NCBI GenBank assembly: GCA_002431905.1
Contig: DJER01000033.1
Coordinates: 122,238-162,237 of the forward strand
Source of the DNA: Christensenella sp. UBA5893
GTDB lineage: Bacteria; Bacillota; Clostridia; Christensenellales; UBA1242
Length of the DNA: 40,000 nucleotides
Direction: 5' to 3'
The position numbers were made by a program, and so were the translations under genes. Positions 1 to 8,362 of this stretch are shown piece by piece. The notes under the pieces were generated by a model that was given only the letters and a program-made list of their open reading frames with translations, was not told where the DNA came from and made no database searches. The stretch's first letter is position 1, and each line of letters begins with the position of its first letter.

Positions 1-1
1 A

Positions 2-379
2 AGTATAAAAAGTCCTGTTGTCATATCACTTATTGGCGATTTGGGTGCAGGCAAAACAACTTTCACAAAAGGTTTTGCAGAAGGGCTTGGGATAAAAGAA
101 CTTGTAACAAGTCCAACTTTTACAATTATGAACGATTATAAAAGTGGAAGACTCCCACTCTATCACTTTGATATGTACAGGCTCAATGGGAAAGAAGAAG
201 CATCAAATCTTGGTTTTGATGAATATTTTGATTTGCGAAAACTCGATGGTGTTGTTGTTTGTGAATGGGCAGAGAATGTTGAAGGACTTTTGCCAAAGTT
301 ACATGTTGAGATAGAGTTTGAAAAAGTTGATGAAAACAAACGTAAAATTAGAATAGGCGTAAAAGGTTGGGTAAAATGA
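2..379 (+). CDS. tsaE: t6A biosynthesis ATPase TsaE (5' end cut by window edge)
   Basis: Frame open from nt 2 (SIKSPVVISLIGDLGAGKTTFTKGF): P-loop GxxGxGKT, SPTF...HFDMYRL and CEWAE motifs typical of TsaE/YjeE. The track start at 41 is an internal TTG. Stop TGA 377-379 overlaps the next ATG. Confidence 0.85.
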   Translation, partial: SIKSPVVISLIGDLGAGKTTFTKGFAEGLGIKELVTSPTFTIMNDYKSGRLPLYHFDMYRLNGKEEASNLGFDEYFDLRKLDGVVVCEWAENVEGLLPKLHVEIEFEKVDENKRKIRIGVKGWVK

Positions 380-1020
380 AAGTTTTAGCATTAAACACGG
401 CATTTGCAAACAGTGATATTGCAGTAGATATTGACGGAAAAAAAGATTATATATCTCATTCGTCAAGTGCAAAGCAATCAGAAAATGCACTTGTTTGTAT
501 TGATGAATTATTAAAAAGAAACAACACAAAAATCCAAAATATAGACATAATGGCAGTAGTTATTGGTCCGGGGTCATTTACTGGCATAAGAATTGGTGTT
601 GGACTTGTAAAGGGAATGGCTGTTGCAAAACCAAGCATAAAACTTGTTGGTATATGTTCACTAGATTTGTTGGCTTACACCTACTATTCACAAACGAATT
701 GTAAAGATTTTTCTTGCGTTTTGGATGCATTAAGTGGCAATATTTTTGTTTGCTCATATGAGAATGGAAAAAGGTCAAGTGACCCAAAAATGCTAACAGG
801 TGAAGAACTTGATAACCTAAAAGGCACAGTTGTTGGACTAAAAGCCGAAAATCTTGATTTTTGCACAGACTTTGTAGACTTTAATCCGCAAATGCTTTTG
901 GAGTATGCAAACTATAAAATCACCAATAATGAATTTGTTGATGAATCAAACTTATTGCCATTATATCTACGTAAATCACAAGCAGAAGCAGGTTTAGATG
1001 GTGCAAATAAAAAGAATTAA
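376..1020 (+). CDS. tsaB: t6A biosynthesis protein TsaB (YeaZ-like)
   Basis: MKVLALNTA..., GPGSFTGIRIGV motif; ATGA overlap with tsaE; conserved tsaE-tsaB-rimI order. Confidence 0.8.
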   Translation: MKVLALNTAFANSDIAVDIDGKKDYISHSSSAKQSENALVCIDELLKRNNTKIQNIDIMAVVIGPGSFTGIRIGVGLVKGMAVAKPSIKLVGICSLDLLAYTYYSQTNCKDFSCVLDALSGNIFVCSYENGKRSSDPKMLTGEELDNLKGTVVGLKAENLDFCTDFVDFNPQMLLEYANYKITNNEFVDESNLLPLYLRKSQAEAGLDGANKKN

Positions 1021-1438
1021 CCAAAATGATTTAATCACCTTGCAAACCATATCTTTTGAACAATTTAAAACCGAAAGTTGGTCAAAAGAGCAATATAGCC
1101 AAGCATTTTTTGATGCTAACTATATTTTCCTTGGGTGCTATGATTGTAAAAAACTTTTAAGTTTTGTTGTGGCAAATGAAAACTTGGATGATGTTAATAT
1201 ACTAATGCTTGCAACAAGTGAAAGTAATAAACATAATGGCTGTGCAAAAAAACTTGTTGAAAATTTACAAAAGTATGTAAAAGATAAAAACAAAACACTA
1301 TCGCTTGAAGTAAAAGAAAATAATTTGCCGGCAATTACACTTTACACAAAACTCAATTTCAAAACTGTTTATGTAAGAAAGCATTACTACAAAGATGGTC
1401 AAAATGCAGTCATAATGTTTTATAACCAAAAATCATAA
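998..1438 (+). CDS. rimI: GNAT acetyltransferase, RimI-like (ribosomal-protein-alanine N-acetyltransferase)
   Basis: About 146 aa, GNAT-like layout; sits directly after tsaB and overlaps its 3' end, as in the conserved operon. Confidence 0.7.
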   Translation: MVQIKRINQNDLITLQTISFEQFKTESWSKEQYSQAFFDANYIFLGCYDCKKLLSFVVANENLDDVNILMLATSESNKHNGCAKKLVENLQKYVKDKNKTLSLEVKENNLPAITLYTKLNFKTVYVRKHYYKDGQNAVIMFYNQKS

Positions 1439-1477
1439 TATGTTGCAATTTGGCATTCGTAAGCATAAATATTTTAT

Positions 1478-2191
1478 ATGGAAATAACATACAAAGGTGC
1501 AAAAGTATATTACAAAGTGATAGGCAATGGCTCGCAAACAGTGGTATATTTGCATGGCTGGGGGACAAGTGGCAGATTTTTTGAATTTATGGCAAATGAC
1601 CTAAATGCCAAAAATATCCTAATAGATTTTCCACCTTTTGGCAAAAGTGAAGAGCCAAAAGTTGCCTATGATTTAAATGATTATGCAAACATAGTAAAAA
1701 GTGTGTTAAAAAAAGAAAATGTAGAAAATTTTTGTCTTATTTCACATTCATTTGGCACTCGTGTTGCAATTTATTTGATTACAATTTATAAGGTAAATGT
1801 AAAAAAATTGGTAATAACAGGCGGTGCAGGACTAAAACCAAAAAATAGTGTAAAAAAGATTTTTAGAAAAATAAAATATAAGATTTGCAAAACTTTTAAC
1901 AAAAATTACAAAGCAGGCTCAAAAGATTATAGAGATTTATCAAATGTTATGAAACAAACATTTAATAATGTAATAAAGTTAAATTTTGACAAAGGACTAA
2001 ACAAGATCAAATGCCCAACATTGTTGGTCTTTGGTAGCAAAGATACCGAAACTCCAATGTATATGGCAAAAAGATTTAGTAAAAAAATACCAAATTCAAA
2101 ACTAATAATCTACAAAGATTTTGACCATTTTGCATATATAAAAAATGGCGAACAATTTTTGTTGGATGCAAAAATATTTTTAAGGGGTTAA
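1478..2191 (+). CDS. alpha/beta-fold hydrolase
   Basis: VVYLHGWG oxyanion region, nucleophile elbow ISHSFG, C-terminal GSKD...DHFAY (Asp/His of the triad). Confidence 0.7.
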   Translation: MEITYKGAKVYYKVIGNGSQTVVYLHGWGTSGRFFEFMANDLNAKNILIDFPPFGKSEEPKVAYDLNDYANIVKSVLKKENVENFCLISHSFGTRVAIYLITIYKVNVKKLVITGGAGLKPKNSVKKIFRKIKYKICKTFNKNYKAGSKDYRDLSNVMKQTFNNVIKLNFDKGLNKIKCPTLLVFGSKDTETPMYMAKRFSKKIPNSKLIIYKDFDHFAYIKNGEQFLLDAKIFLRG

Positions 2192-2192
2192 A

Positions 2193-3815
2193 ATGGATTT
2201 TTTAAGCAAACTTTCACCACAATTATTAATAGCAATTGTCTTGTCGGCGATAAATGGCGTTATGATGTATTTTTTTGCAGGAAAAATGCTCCATATATTA
2301 CAACTTGGTGGCTACAAAATAAAAAGCATAAATGCTTACCTAAAAGAAACAAAATTCAAGTATATCGCAAGACTAATTATTTTGTGCTTTTTGTCTGCTG
2401 CTTGTATGATGGTTGCAAATGCATTGCTTGACGGCCATGGCGAATTTTGGAGTTATATTGGACTTATTTTCTATTTCTATTTTAGCATTGTGTTTATTAT
2501 CAATGTCTATCAAGCTCCACAAAAAACACCATTAAAACAAACTCACAGAATGAACAGACTTTCGTTTGTAGTGTTCTTGCTCTCATCGGCACTCACTTTT
2601 GGTCTTATCGCAGTGTTTACTGAATATGTCCCAAGTGTAAAATTTGGAATTATTGCAATAACACCAATATTCACATATTTGATTGTTCTTGTAAGCCATT
2701 ATATATGTGTTCCGGTTGAATTTTTGTCAAGACAAATCTATATAGGCAGGGCAAAGAGAAAACTCAAAAAAATGCCAAACTTAATAAAAATTGGAATAAC
2801 CGGCAGTTATGGGAAAACCACAACAAAACACATTCTTAATGTAATGCTTTCAAAAAAATATGATGTTTGTATGAGTCCATATAGTTTCAACACACCAATG
2901 GGCTTAACAAAAGTTGTAAACCAATACCTAAAACCTAATAATGATGTACTTATTTGTGAAATGGGTGCAAGGCAGGTCGGCGATATAGCATACCTATGTA
3001 AATTGATACAACCAAAGCACGCAATTATAACAAGTGTGTCAAATCAACACCTTTCAACCTTTGGAACAGAAAAAAATGTTTACAAGGCAAAAAAAGAACT
3101 TGTTGATGCAATAAGTGACGGCTATATATGTTTTAATGCCCAAAATCTTGGCTCAAAACAAATGTTTGACGAATGCAAAAAAAATAAAATTTTATGTGGA
3201 ATAAATAACGAAGATTGTTTTGCAAATATAACAAATATAAAAACTGACAAAAATGGCTCAACTTTTGATCTGACAATTGATAAAAAAACAATATCTTGCC
3301 AAACAAAACTTTTGGGCATTGGAAACTTGGAAGATATAGCACTTGCCAGTGGATTGGCATACACGCTTGGCGTAAAGTTGAATGAAATAAAAAGTGCAAT
3401 CACCACATTAAAACCAATGCCACATAGATTGGAAGTGCTACAAGAAAACGGACTTACAATAATCGATAACTCCTATAATGCATCGGTAGAAAGTAGTACC
3501 GAAGCTCTAAATACCCTAAAAATGTTTGATGGCGACAAGATTGTGGTAACACCGGGACTTGTTGAACTTGGGGAAAAAGAATTTGACGCAAATGTGGTCC
3601 TTGGCGAGCAAATTTCAAAGGTTGCAAGCAAAATTATAATAGTGAACGAAACAAACAAGCAAGCCCTTCAAAACGGGCTAAAACAAGGTGGTTTTAATGA
3701 AAGTAATATATACTTTACAGAAAACCTTAACCTTGCAAAAGATAAGCTAAAAGAAATAGCAAAAAATGGTGACGTAATTTTGTTCGAAAATGATTTGCCA
3801 GACAGTTATATTTAA
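2193..3815 (+). CDS. murF: MurF-like UDP-MurNAc-tripeptide--D-Ala-D-Ala ligase with an N-terminal polytopic membrane domain
   Basis: GITGSYGKTTTK P-loop at about residue 203, IDNSYNASVESS (MurF DDSYNANP-type motif), VTPGLVELGEKE. The first ~190 aa are about 5 hydrophobic helices instead of Mur-ligase domain 1. ddl lies immediately downstream. Confidence 0.8.
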   Translation: MDFLSKLSPQLLIAIVLSAINGVMMYFFAGKMLHILQLGGYKIKSINAYLKETKFKYIARLIILCFLSAACMMVANALLDGHGEFWSYIGLIFYFYFSIVFIINVYQAPQKTPLKQTHRMNRLSFVVFLLSSALTFGLIAVFTEYVPSVKFGIIAITPIFTYLIVLVSHYICVPVEFLSRQIYIGRAKRKLKKMPNLIKIGITGSYGKTTTKHILNVMLSKKYDVCMSPYSFNTPMGLTKVVNQYLKPNNDVLICEMGARQVGDIAYLCKLIQPKHAIITSVSNQHLSTFGTEKNVYKAKKELVDAISDGYICFNAQNLGSKQMFDECKKNKILCGINNEDCFANITNIKTDKNGSTFDLTIDKKTISCQTKLLGIGNLEDIALASGLAYTLGVKLNEIKSAITTLKPMPHRLEVLQENGLTIIDNSYNASVESSTEALNTLKMFDGDKIVVTPGLVELGEKEFDANVVLGEQISKVASKIIIVNETNKQALQNGLKQGGFNESNIYFTENLNLAKDKLKEIAKNGDVILFENDLPDSYI

Positions 3816-3825
3816 TAACCAAAAA

Positions 3826-3861
3826 ATCTCACATTTCATAATATATATGTGAGGTTTTTTT
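3826..3861 (+). terminator. hairpin plus T-run between murF-like and ddl; its 3' arm contains the ddl Shine-Dalgarno
   Basis: Arms 3826-3834 / 3847-3855 (ATCTCACAT / ATGTGAGGT, 9 bp including one G-U), 12-nt loop, T-run 3855-3861. GAGG at 3851-3854 lies 7 nt before ATG 3862. Confidence 0.5.
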
Positions 3862-4971
3862 ATGCAAAATTTATTAGTATTTTATGGTGGAAAAAGCGTT
3901 GAACATGATATAAGCATTTTAACAGCCATTCAAACGATGAAAAATATTAACAAACAAAAATATAATATAATACCAATTTATCTAACAAAAAAACTAAAGT
4001 TTGTTTCTCCAAAAAATTATCTTGACACAAAGACATACCAAAGTGACAAAATGCAATGCAAAAAGGTGGAATTTTTGTATGGCGAAAGAAAAGTGAAAAT
4101 CGGCATAAAAACATACAGCATCTATTGTGCCATAAACTGCTTTCATGGGGTAACAGGCGAAGATGGTTCGCTTTATGCACTAATGAATTTGTGCGATATT
4201 CCAATAACATCTTGCTCAATTCTTGCAAGTAGCACATGTATGGATAAGGTTATAATGAAAGATATTTTCAAGTCAAATAATATACCTTGCGTTGATTACA
4301 CTCTTGTAACATACGATGATTACTTCTTAAATAGGGAAGAAACAATCAAAAACATTCAAGACCAAATAACATATCCGGTCATAGTAAAACCATCAAATTT
4401 GGGCAGTAGTATAGGCATAGATAAGGCAAATAACACAAAAGAACTGGAATATGCATTAGATATCGCATTTTGTTATGATAGGAGAGTTATTGTTGAAAAG
4501 TGCTTGGAAGATTTCAAGGAAATAAACATATCATGCCTTGGCAATAATTTTTGCGAATTATCTTGCCTTGAACAACCGCAAAATTGGAATGACTTTTTAA
4601 ACTTCCAAGACAAATACACAAAAAAAGACGTTATTTCACAAAAAATTCTCAATCCAAAACTAGAGCCAAAAGTTGAAGAAAAAATAAAAAGTTTGGCAAA
4701 ACAATGTTTCAAAATATTTGACTTGTCGGGCGTTGTAAGAATAGATTTTATGGTAAAAGATGATAATGTTTATGTAAATGAAATAAACACTGTCCCGGGG
4801 TCGCTTGCTTTCTATTTGTGGAAGGGTAAAAACATTGAATTTTTTGAACTTATTGAAAGGCTAATTGACCTTGCAATAAAAAAACACAAACAACAAAGTT
4901 TGTGTCAATTTGATTTCAATTCAAATGTCCTTGACAATTATTCAAAATCATCAGCAAAAATGCATAAGTAG
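3862..4971 (+). CDS. ddl: D-alanine--D-alanine ligase
   Basis: LVFYGGKSVEHDISILTA N-terminus, ATP-grasp core (VIVKPSNLGSSIGI), C-terminal VNEINTVPGS motif. Confidence 0.9.
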   Translation: MQNLLVFYGGKSVEHDISILTAIQTMKNINKQKYNIIPIYLTKKLKFVSPKNYLDTKTYQSDKMQCKKVEFLYGERKVKIGIKTYSIYCAINCFHGVTGEDGSLYALMNLCDIPITSCSILASSTCMDKVIMKDIFKSNNIPCVDYTLVTYDDYFLNREETIKNIQDQITYPVIVKPSNLGSSIGIDKANNTKELEYALDIAFCYDRRVIVEKCLEDFKEINISCLGNNFCELSCLEQPQNWNDFLNFQDKYTKKDVISQKILNPKLEPKVEEKIKSLAKQCFKIFDLSGVVRIDFMVKDDNVYVNEINTVPGSLAFYLWKGKNIEFFELIERLIDLAIKKHKQQSLCQFDFNSNVLDNYSKSSAKMHK

Positions 4972-5280
4972 TTATACGCATATTTTATCTAATATTGTTT
5001 TAACATTTGCACCAATATTATTTTTTGATAAGGCACTCTTTAAGGTGTCTTTTTCTTTTTGAGATAAAACCAGTCCCTCAAGAGTAAAATTCTCTGGCAA
5101 AAATATCCCGCCATTTTTCCCATTTTCACAATAAAAAGGTACACCTGCAAGGGTGAGGGAGTCAATATAACGATAAACCGTTCTTGTGCTAATCTCAAAA
5201 TTTTCAGCAATCTCTTTTGCTGTTGTCTTTTTCCTTTTTGACACAAACATAAAAATTCCAAATACCAAATATTGTTTCAT
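4972..5280 (-). CDS. stand-alone HTH regulator (YafY/DeoR N-terminal HTH_11-like, no WYL domain)
   Basis: KKTTAKEIAENFEISTRTVYRYIDSLTLAGVPFYCENGKNGGIFL matches the YafY-type HTH. Start chosen at Met12 of the track ORF (5280), with AAAGGA 8 nt upstream. Confidence 0.65.
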   Translation of the reverse strand: MKQYLVFGIFMFVSKRKKTTAKEIAENFEISTRTVYRYIDSLTLAGVPFYCENGKNGGIFLPENFTLEGLVLSQKEKDTLKSALSKNNIGANVKTILDKICV

Positions 5281-5411
5281 TTCTTTTTTCCTTTTGTGAC
5301 CATAGTATAGCACAATAAAAAATAAAAATCAAACATATGTTCTATTTTTCTAAAAAATTTTTAGAATTACAAAATGTGGTAAATTCAATCAAAAGTTTTT
5401 GGCAAAACTTG

Positions 5412-5440
5412 GTATATAAGCAAATATGTGGGCATAAATT
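5412..5440 (+). promoter_or_regulatory. candidate sigma-E-type (mother-cell) promoter of spoIVA
   Basis: GTATATA (5412-5418), 14 nt, CATAAATT (5433-5440), against my recalled sigma-E consensus kmATATT-N14-CATACAhT. Followed by GGAGG (5456-5460) and ATG 5465. Confidence 0.4.
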
Positions 5441-5464
5441 ACAATATCAAACTATGGAGGTTAT

Positions 5465-6940
5465 ATGGAAAGATTTGAAATATATGATGATATAGCCAAA
5501 CGAACAAACGGAGATATATATCTCGGTGTTGTTGGGCCTGTTCGTTCTGGTAAATCAATGTTTATATCACAATTTATGCAGAATTTGGTAATTCCAAATA
5601 TAGATAATAAACAGACAAAAGAAAGAACAATTGATGAATTGCCACAAAGTGCCGAGGGCAAAACGATAATGACAACACAACCAAAGTTTGTCCCTTCGCA
5701 AGCAGTTAGTATCAATGTTGATAATATAAGTATGAAAGTAAGACTTGTAGACTGTGTTGGGTACTTTGTAAGTGGTGCAATGGGTCACGAAGAAGATAAC
5801 AAACCAAGACTTGTCAAAACACCTTGGAGTGATGAAGAAATACCATTTGAAGAAGCTGCCGTAATTGGAACAAACAAAGTTATTAGCGAACATTCAACAA
5901 TTGGCATTTTGATGACAACTGATGGAAGTATCACAGATATTGATAGACAAAGTTATGTCGAAGCAGAAGAAAAGGTTGCAAAAGAATTAAAAAAGACAGG
6001 AAAGCCATTTGTTGTATTGGTAAATTCAACAAACCCAGAAGGCGAAAATGCAAAAAAATTGGCACAGTCATTATCTCAAAAATATGGTGTTAGTGCTTTG
6101 ACAATAAATGCAAAAGAATTACAAACAAAGGATATTGAAAATATCTTTGAAAAAGTTTTGTTGGAATTTCCAATCAAATCATTAAAAGTAAAAATGCCAC
6201 AATGGTTGCAAGCTCTTGATGGTGATGACCCAATAATTGAGCAAATTATTGAAGAAGTGAAAAAGTTTGGCGAGGGTGCGGAAAAAATAGGCCAAATTGA
6301 CAAAACAAATGTCGCATTCTTGGAAAGTGAAGATTTTGAACCTTTAACAGTTGGCTCAATAAAAATGGGCGAAGGCACAATTGAATTTGATGTAAAGCCA
6401 AGACAATCTTTGTTCTATAAAGTCCTTTCACAAAAATGCGGTGTTGAAGTTAAAGACGACTATCATTTGATAAAGTACATCAAAGATCTTGCTTTTGCCA
6501 AAAAAGAATATGATTATCTTAAAGATGCGTTGGAACAGGTAAGTGAGAATGGTTATGGTATTGTTGTACCAAAGCAAGATAATATGATACTAGAAAGTCC
6601 AGTAATAGTAAAACAAGGCAGTAGGTTTGGTGTAAAGATAAAGGCAACTGCACCATGCTTACATATAATGAAAGTTGATGTAGAAACCGAAGTAAACCCA
6701 CTTGTTGGAACAGAAGACCAATCAAAAGATTTGGTAACATATTTGCAAAATGAATTGGACACAAATCCAGAAGCTGTTTGGCAAATAAATATGTTTGGAA
6801 AAACTCTTAATGATTTAGTTCAAGAAGGAATGACAAACAAAATTACATCAATGCCCGTTGAAGCACAACGCAAGATGCGTAAAACACTTGGCAGAATTGT
6901 TAATGAAGGAAAAGGTGGTATAATTTGCATTTTATTGTAA
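5465..6940 (+). CDS. spoIVA: stage IV sporulation protein A (spore-coat morphogenetic ATPase)
   Basis: MERFEIYDDIAKRTNGDIYLGVVGPVRSGKS Walker A, 491 aa, C-terminal GGIICILL; collinear with B. subtilis SpoIVA. Confidence 0.92.
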   Translation: MERFEIYDDIAKRTNGDIYLGVVGPVRSGKSMFISQFMQNLVIPNIDNKQTKERTIDELPQSAEGKTIMTTQPKFVPSQAVSINVDNISMKVRLVDCVGYFVSGAMGHEEDNKPRLVKTPWSDEEIPFEEAAVIGTNKVISEHSTIGILMTTDGSITDIDRQSYVEAEEKVAKELKKTGKPFVVLVNSTNPEGENAKKLAQSLSQKYGVSALTINAKELQTKDIENIFEKVLLEFPIKSLKVKMPQWLQALDGDDPIIEQIIEEVKKFGEGAEKIGQIDKTNVAFLESEDFEPLTVGSIKMGEGTIEFDVKPRQSLFYKVLSQKCGVEVKDDYHLIKYIKDLAFAKKEYDYLKDALEQVSENGYGIVVPKQDNMILESPVIVKQGSRFGVKIKATAPCLHIMKVDVETEVNPLVGTEDQSKDLVTYLQNELDTNPEAVWQINMFGKTLNDLVQEGMTNKITSMPVEAQRKMRKTLGRIVNEGKGGIICILL

Positions 6941-6955
6941 AATAATAGGTATACA

Positions 6956-6985
6956 AAGCAGGTGAAACAAAAGCCTGCTTTTTGT
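6956..6985 (+). terminator. rho-independent terminator after spoIVA
   Basis: AAGCAGG (6956-6962) / CCTGCTT (6974-6980), 11-nt loop, then a T-run. Confidence 0.7.
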
Positions 6986-7054
6986 TGCAAAAGTTTTGTG
7001 GTTGTGAATTTGTTGCGAAAAATTTGTAAAAATAACCTTTTTAACAAAATTTTT

Positions 7055-7069
7055 GTTGACTATGTCAAC
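7055..7069. promoter_or_regulatory. perfect palindrome GTTGAC-TAT-GTCAAC upstream of the AraC-family gene
   Basis: The 15-bp inverted repeat contains TTGAC(T), a -35-like hexamer, about 40 nt before ATG 7108. Confidence 0.3.
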
Positions 7070-7107
7070 CAATATTAGTAGACTAAGGTAATAAAAATGG
7101 AGTTATT

Positions 7108-8049
7108 ATGGAAAATAAAAAATCAATCTTTTTACCTGATAATGTTACAATTGATTATAGAATTGATCAAGATAATAAAAATAAAAAAGATTATAGAAAG
7201 ATTGCATACACCAAAAGTAAAAGGATGTACATCAAAACTGTCATCAATACAACAGATTCAATTATAAAATCCGTTATCCACAAACATAATGATTGGGAAT
7301 TCATTATTCCGCTTGCCCCAATACCTTGCCTTCTTCAAGATGACGAAGTATGTTTTGGGGAAGTGGGATATGTTTATCCTATAAAGGTAAACACTGAACA
7401 TGGTGTGCAAGCACAGATAAAAGATATTGCAATGATTAACATTATCATTGACAATGCTTGGTTCACGTCAATAATAAACAGATTAAAAGTTAAGCACGGA
7501 CCATCAAAATTCTTTAAGTATACTGATGTGCTAAAAAATATGATTTCAACTTTCTATGAAATTTATAACACAGACTTTGAATTAAAAGAGGATATGCTAG
7601 ATTCCATAGCGGAAGATATCGCATTTGAAATCATTAGGTCAAATGCTCAAGCATTTAATGGCGAAGAATCTTTCAAACCAAGAGTATATCACAAGGGCTT
7701 GCAGGTCGTATGTGACTATATAAATAATAATTATTCACAAAAACTCACAATTGATGAATTGTCAAAAATGGGTGAGATGAGTAAATACTATTTTATATCA
7801 AGTTTTAAAGAATTTACGGGGCTAACTCCAATGGAGTATATAATAAGATTCAGACTTTCAAAAGCAAAATTCTATTTGGAATTTTCTGATCTAAAAATCC
7901 AAGAGATTGCCCAAAAAGTAGGATTTAGTAGCACAACCGCATTTACTCACACTTTCACAAGATATATTGGTGTAACCCCTTCACAATATATCAAAACCCT
8001 AAACAAAAGTGGAGATAAGTTGGGAACAATAAAACTAAATCAAAAATAG
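7108..8049 (+). CDS. AraC/XylS-family transcriptional regulator
   Basis: C-terminal double HTH (LTIDELSKMGEMSKYYFISSFKEFTGLTPMEYIIRFRLSKAKFYL...IQEIAQKVGFSSTTAFTHTFTRYIGVTPSQY). The N-terminal ~200 aa sensor domain is unassigned. Confidence 0.8.
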   Translation: MENKKSIFLPDNVTIDYRIDQDNKNKKDYRKIAYTKSKRMYIKTVINTTDSIIKSVIHKHNDWEFIIPLAPIPCLLQDDEVCFGEVGYVYPIKVNTEHGVQAQIKDIAMINIIIDNAWFTSIINRLKVKHGPSKFFKYTDVLKNMISTFYEIYNTDFELKEDMLDSIAEDIAFEIIRSNAQAFNGEESFKPRVYHKGLQVVCDYINNNYSQKLTIDELSKMGEMSKYYFISSFKEFTGLTPMEYIIRFRLSKAKFYLEFSDLKIQEIAQKVGFSSTTAFTHTFTRYIGVTPSQYIKTLNKSGDKLGTIKLNQK

Positions 8050-8052
8050 AAA

Positions 8053-8076
8053 AGACACCATTTGGTGCCTTTTTTA
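8053..8076 (+). terminator. weak hairpin plus T-run after the AraC gene
   Basis: AGACACC-ATTT-GGTGCCT with one mismatch, followed by TTTTTATT. Confidence 0.4.
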
Positions 8077-8106
8077 TTATAAAAACATAATAGTAAATAT
8101 GGCAAC

Positions 8107-8132
8107 AAAAAAACACCCCAAAGGGTGCTTTT
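8107..8132 (-). terminator. terminator of the tRNA pair (bidirectional shape)
   Basis: CACCC (8114-8118) / GGGTG (8123-8127), flanked by an A-run and a T-run, immediately 3' of tRNA-Arg on the minus strand. Confidence 0.6.
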
Positions 8133-8209
8133 TGGTGGGCTTGAAGAGATTCGAACTCCCGACCTTTGCCTTAGAAGGGCACTGCTCTATCCAACTGAGC
8201 TACAAACCC
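8133..8209 (-). tRNA. tRNA-Arg (anticodon UCU), CCA encoded
   Basis: Reverse complement GGGTTTGTAGCTCAGTTGGATAGAGCAGTGCCCTTCTAAGGCAAAGGTCGGGAGTTCGAATCTCTTCAAGCCCACCA folds by hand into a cloverleaf with anticodon loop CUUCUAA. Confidence 0.85.
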
Positions 8210-8213
8210 ATAG

Positions 8214-8287
8214 TGGAGCGGGTGAAGGGAATCGGACCCTCGCAACCAGCTTGGAAGGCTGGGGCTCTACCACTGAGCTACACCCGC
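8214..8287 (-). tRNA. tRNA-Gly (anticodon UCC), CCA encoded
   Basis: Reverse complement GCGGGTGTAGCTCAGTGGTAGAGCCCCAGCCTTCCAAGCTGGTTGCGAGGGTCCGATTCCCTTCACCCGCTCCA; anticodon loop CUUCCAA; the T-loop reads TCCGATT (see finding). Confidence 0.85.
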
Positions 8288-8304
8288 ATTCAAAATGCTT
8301 TTAT

Positions 8305-8333
8305 ATATTATCATAATTATAATTGTATGTCAA
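8305..8333 (-). promoter_or_regulatory. sigma-A promoter of the tRNA-Gly/tRNA-Arg operon
   Basis: Minus strand: TTGACA (8333-8328), 17 nt, TAATAT (8310-8305), about 18 nt upstream of the tRNA-Gly 5' end. Confidence 0.6.
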
Positions 8334-8362
8334 CAAAAAATTATATTTAAGGTTAAAAAATT

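Noticed and set aside
8099-8350. Two plus-strand track ORFs (83 and 63 aa) covering 8099-8350
   Set aside because: They run antisense across the two minus-strand tRNA genes and the tRNA terminator, and have no RBS. They are artefacts of structured RNA genes.
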